Assembly (NCBI RefSeq): GCF_030028105.1
Contig: NC_092380.1
Coordinates: 52,263,717-52,327,716 of the forward strand
DNA from: Mobula birostris
Lineage: Eukaryota
Direction: 5' to 3'
Length of the DNA stretch: 64,000 bases
Below are positions 61,731 through 64,000 of this stretch, piece after piece. The notes beneath the pieces are model-generated. The model saw only the letters and a list, made by a program, of their open reading frames with translations. It searched no databases and had not been told where the DNA came from. Both the position numbers and the translations under genes were made by a program. Position 1 is the stretch's first letter, and each line of letters begins with the position of its first letter.

Positions 61731-63479
61731 CTGAAAGATCAAGACAAAAAGAAAATCTGATAAATAATGGATGGCAGAAAAAGGATAAGGATTTTCTGAA
61801 AAATGATTAAAAATCCGCACAAAATCTCTGCAGTTTTTAAATCTATTTATAGAATTTAACCTGCTTTTACAGAATCTTGAACATTTGAAATAAATACCAC
61901 AGCAATATACAAAGCAAACAACACTTAATTTCCGTAAAGTTTTTCACTGAAACATTCAAAGTGCAGAATATTTAGAAACCATACACAGCTCATTACCTCT
62001 AGGGTGAACCTCTGCTGCTATTGCAATAGGATTTTGAAGCTTAGATTATCAGTGATAAAAATTGCCTATACTGCGAAAGAGAATTAGGTTTATTCAGATT
62101 CCCTGAGACAGTGAAACAAACTTCACAGAGCACTGTGCCTTCTGTTCCATCCTATAATTTGCTTAATTGCAAAGTCAAATGAGCAAAAATCTACCATCAC
62201 AGTGGGGATTGCTAATTCCTGTGTCATTCATTCACATTGGATATTACAAAGACAATCAAATTGCTACCTATTAAAAATATGGCTATGAGCAATTTGAGCT
62301 GTTGCATCAAGCTGAGCTGCAGTCCTCAATGCTCTCAGCTTAATTAAGGTTAGGCCAGCAGCTACATGAATACAAACGCTCTAAAAACAATTATTGCTGT
62401 TGCAAACATGTCAAAACTGTTTCTAAGCACGTAGATTCCTGCCTCTGTACAAAGTTCTTCAGTAAGGTATGTGCTTTTGTGATTTTACCAGCAATCACAA
62501 ATATGAACAAGGCTAATCGCACTGACTTGCTGAAGCACAACATGAGTTAGGGGTGATTAAGGAGTACTGGAGAAATTGTCCTTTGGTTCCTAGACTTTTA
62601 TTTTTCTACACAACGAAATCTGTTACACTGATTAAAAAGTAGAAGAGTGGCGGGATGGAAGCTCATGTCAAGATTAGGCACACACAGTAGCTAGCTGAAC
62701 CACTTGGGTAATGCCAAATGGAGGTCAAACTCCACTGGCAGGACAGATACAGGGCTATCTTCCCACTTCTAGTAATTGAAAACCAGTTTAATTACTAATG
62801 CTTCCTAGTTTGAATGAAAGATCATGGACTAGATCAATTAATGTTCCTCTCTAAATGCTGCATGAGTCAGGTTATCGCAAGTTGATTTGAGATTGAAATT
62901 ATGGAAGATCAGCTCACTTTTTCAGCTGAGCTTGATTTAGAACAGATAGGGTAAAATGATACTGATTAACCTAATAGTTTAACTTCAATCCTTTAAGAGC
63001 ACATGCTTGGTGTTATTATTACTCAAATAAAGAAAACCACTTGGCTTACTACTGTGTTTAATTCCTTGCACCTTCAACTGTCATGTACATATAAATGAGA
63101 CATCAATGAGTGCACAGTGAGATAGACACAAAAGTAATTCATATTTCTTAAATGTACATTTCTTATTAATATAATTGTACTGTAAACCGTATTGGTTATT
63201 ATCTTACCATATAGGCTTACAGACCTTCCCTGGGTTAAGAACACCCAACATATGGACTCCGTACATAAAAATAAGTTCCAATAATATTATAAAATTCTAA
63301 ATTTCAACATGTGTACATACTTGTTACTGCAAAGGGCAGATGTAGTTTTGTTCCTCTCTCTACTTTTCACAATTGCTCTTTCATTTCAGTCTTATGTGTC
63401 TTATATCATTCACTGCAATACTATGGTGGTGCAGTCATGATCAAATAATTTTATGTATTTTCCAAAAGTAACCTACATT

Positions 63480-64000
63480 CATTTAAGATTGCTTTAATGT
63501 CATTTCTAGTACACAAATGTAAAGAAGAATGAAATAATTGCCACTCCAGAGCCAATGTAACACAAATAGAAACCATAAGATAAAAAAAATAATAAAAAGT
63601 ACACAATAAATATAAATATGTAAGATAGCTTACATGCACGATTGATTGTATCGACATTATGGGACACTAGGTACAGGAATGTTCGTACATAAGGTAATTT
63701 ACAGGAAGTGATAAAGTCGTGGTTGGGGGGGGATGTGGATGGGTGGGTTAGTGATGGAGGTGTTGATCAGCCTTACTGTTTGGGGAAAGTAACTGTTTTT
63801 GAGTCCAGTGGTACTGGTGTGGATACTACGTGGCCTCTTCCCCGGTCACAGTGGGACAAACAGTCCATGAGCAGGGTGGCTGGGAACCTTCATGATATTC
63901 CTGGCCTTTTTCAGTATGTATGTCTTTGATGGCAGGTAGGCTGGTGCCAGTGATGCATCGGGCAGCTTGAACTAGCCATGTAGCATGTTAGGATGCTCTC
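63480..64000 (-). mobile_element. Rex1/Babar-type LINE 3' end (runs off the window)
   Basis: Tail 'tttaagattgctttaatgtcatt', then 'aaagtaactgtttttgagtccagtggt' and 'ggtaggctggtgccagtgatg'. Confidence 0.65.

Noticed and set aside
63217-63430. Possible Tigger-like terminus (cagaccttccctgggttaagaacaccc)
   Set aside because: I found no matching second TIR; too decayed to call.

Overview
Eukaryotic, AT-rich, repeat-dense vertebrate DNA. The repeat repertoire (CR1 and Rex1/Babar-type LINEs, HE1/HER1-like V-SINEs, Penelope-like elements) suggests a cartilaginous fish, probably a ray; this is inference. Most or all of the window lies inside one minus-strand gene, AMBRA1. Three consecutive GT-AG coding exons (61542-61730, 57315-57469, 13845-13984) splice in frame to give the C-terminal part of the split WD40 beta-propeller, separated by introns of 4,072 and 43,330 bp. 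None of these exons appears in the supplied ORF track, whose entries are mostly transposon remnants or chance ORFs. The introns hold decayed LINEs, two Tc1 transposons, mariner, pogo, Harbinger and hAT-type MITEs, SINEs, a solo LTR, and many Penelope-like (PLE) termini carrying minimal hammerhead ribozymes. The most interesting signals are: (i) one intact type-I minimal hammerhead at 7949-7984; (ii) about 200-bp palindromic PLE-terminus insertions with 11-14-bp target-site duplications (TSDs); (iii) a candidate short alternative last exon of AMBRA1 (VALDD-stop, with polypyrimidine tract and AATAAA); (iv) a solo LTR with an E2F/E-box/TATA module antisense to AMBRA1; (v) a five-TIR nested mariner palindrome next to an exon. 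No CRISPR array or prokaryotic system is present. Repeat boundaries without a stated TSD are approximate.
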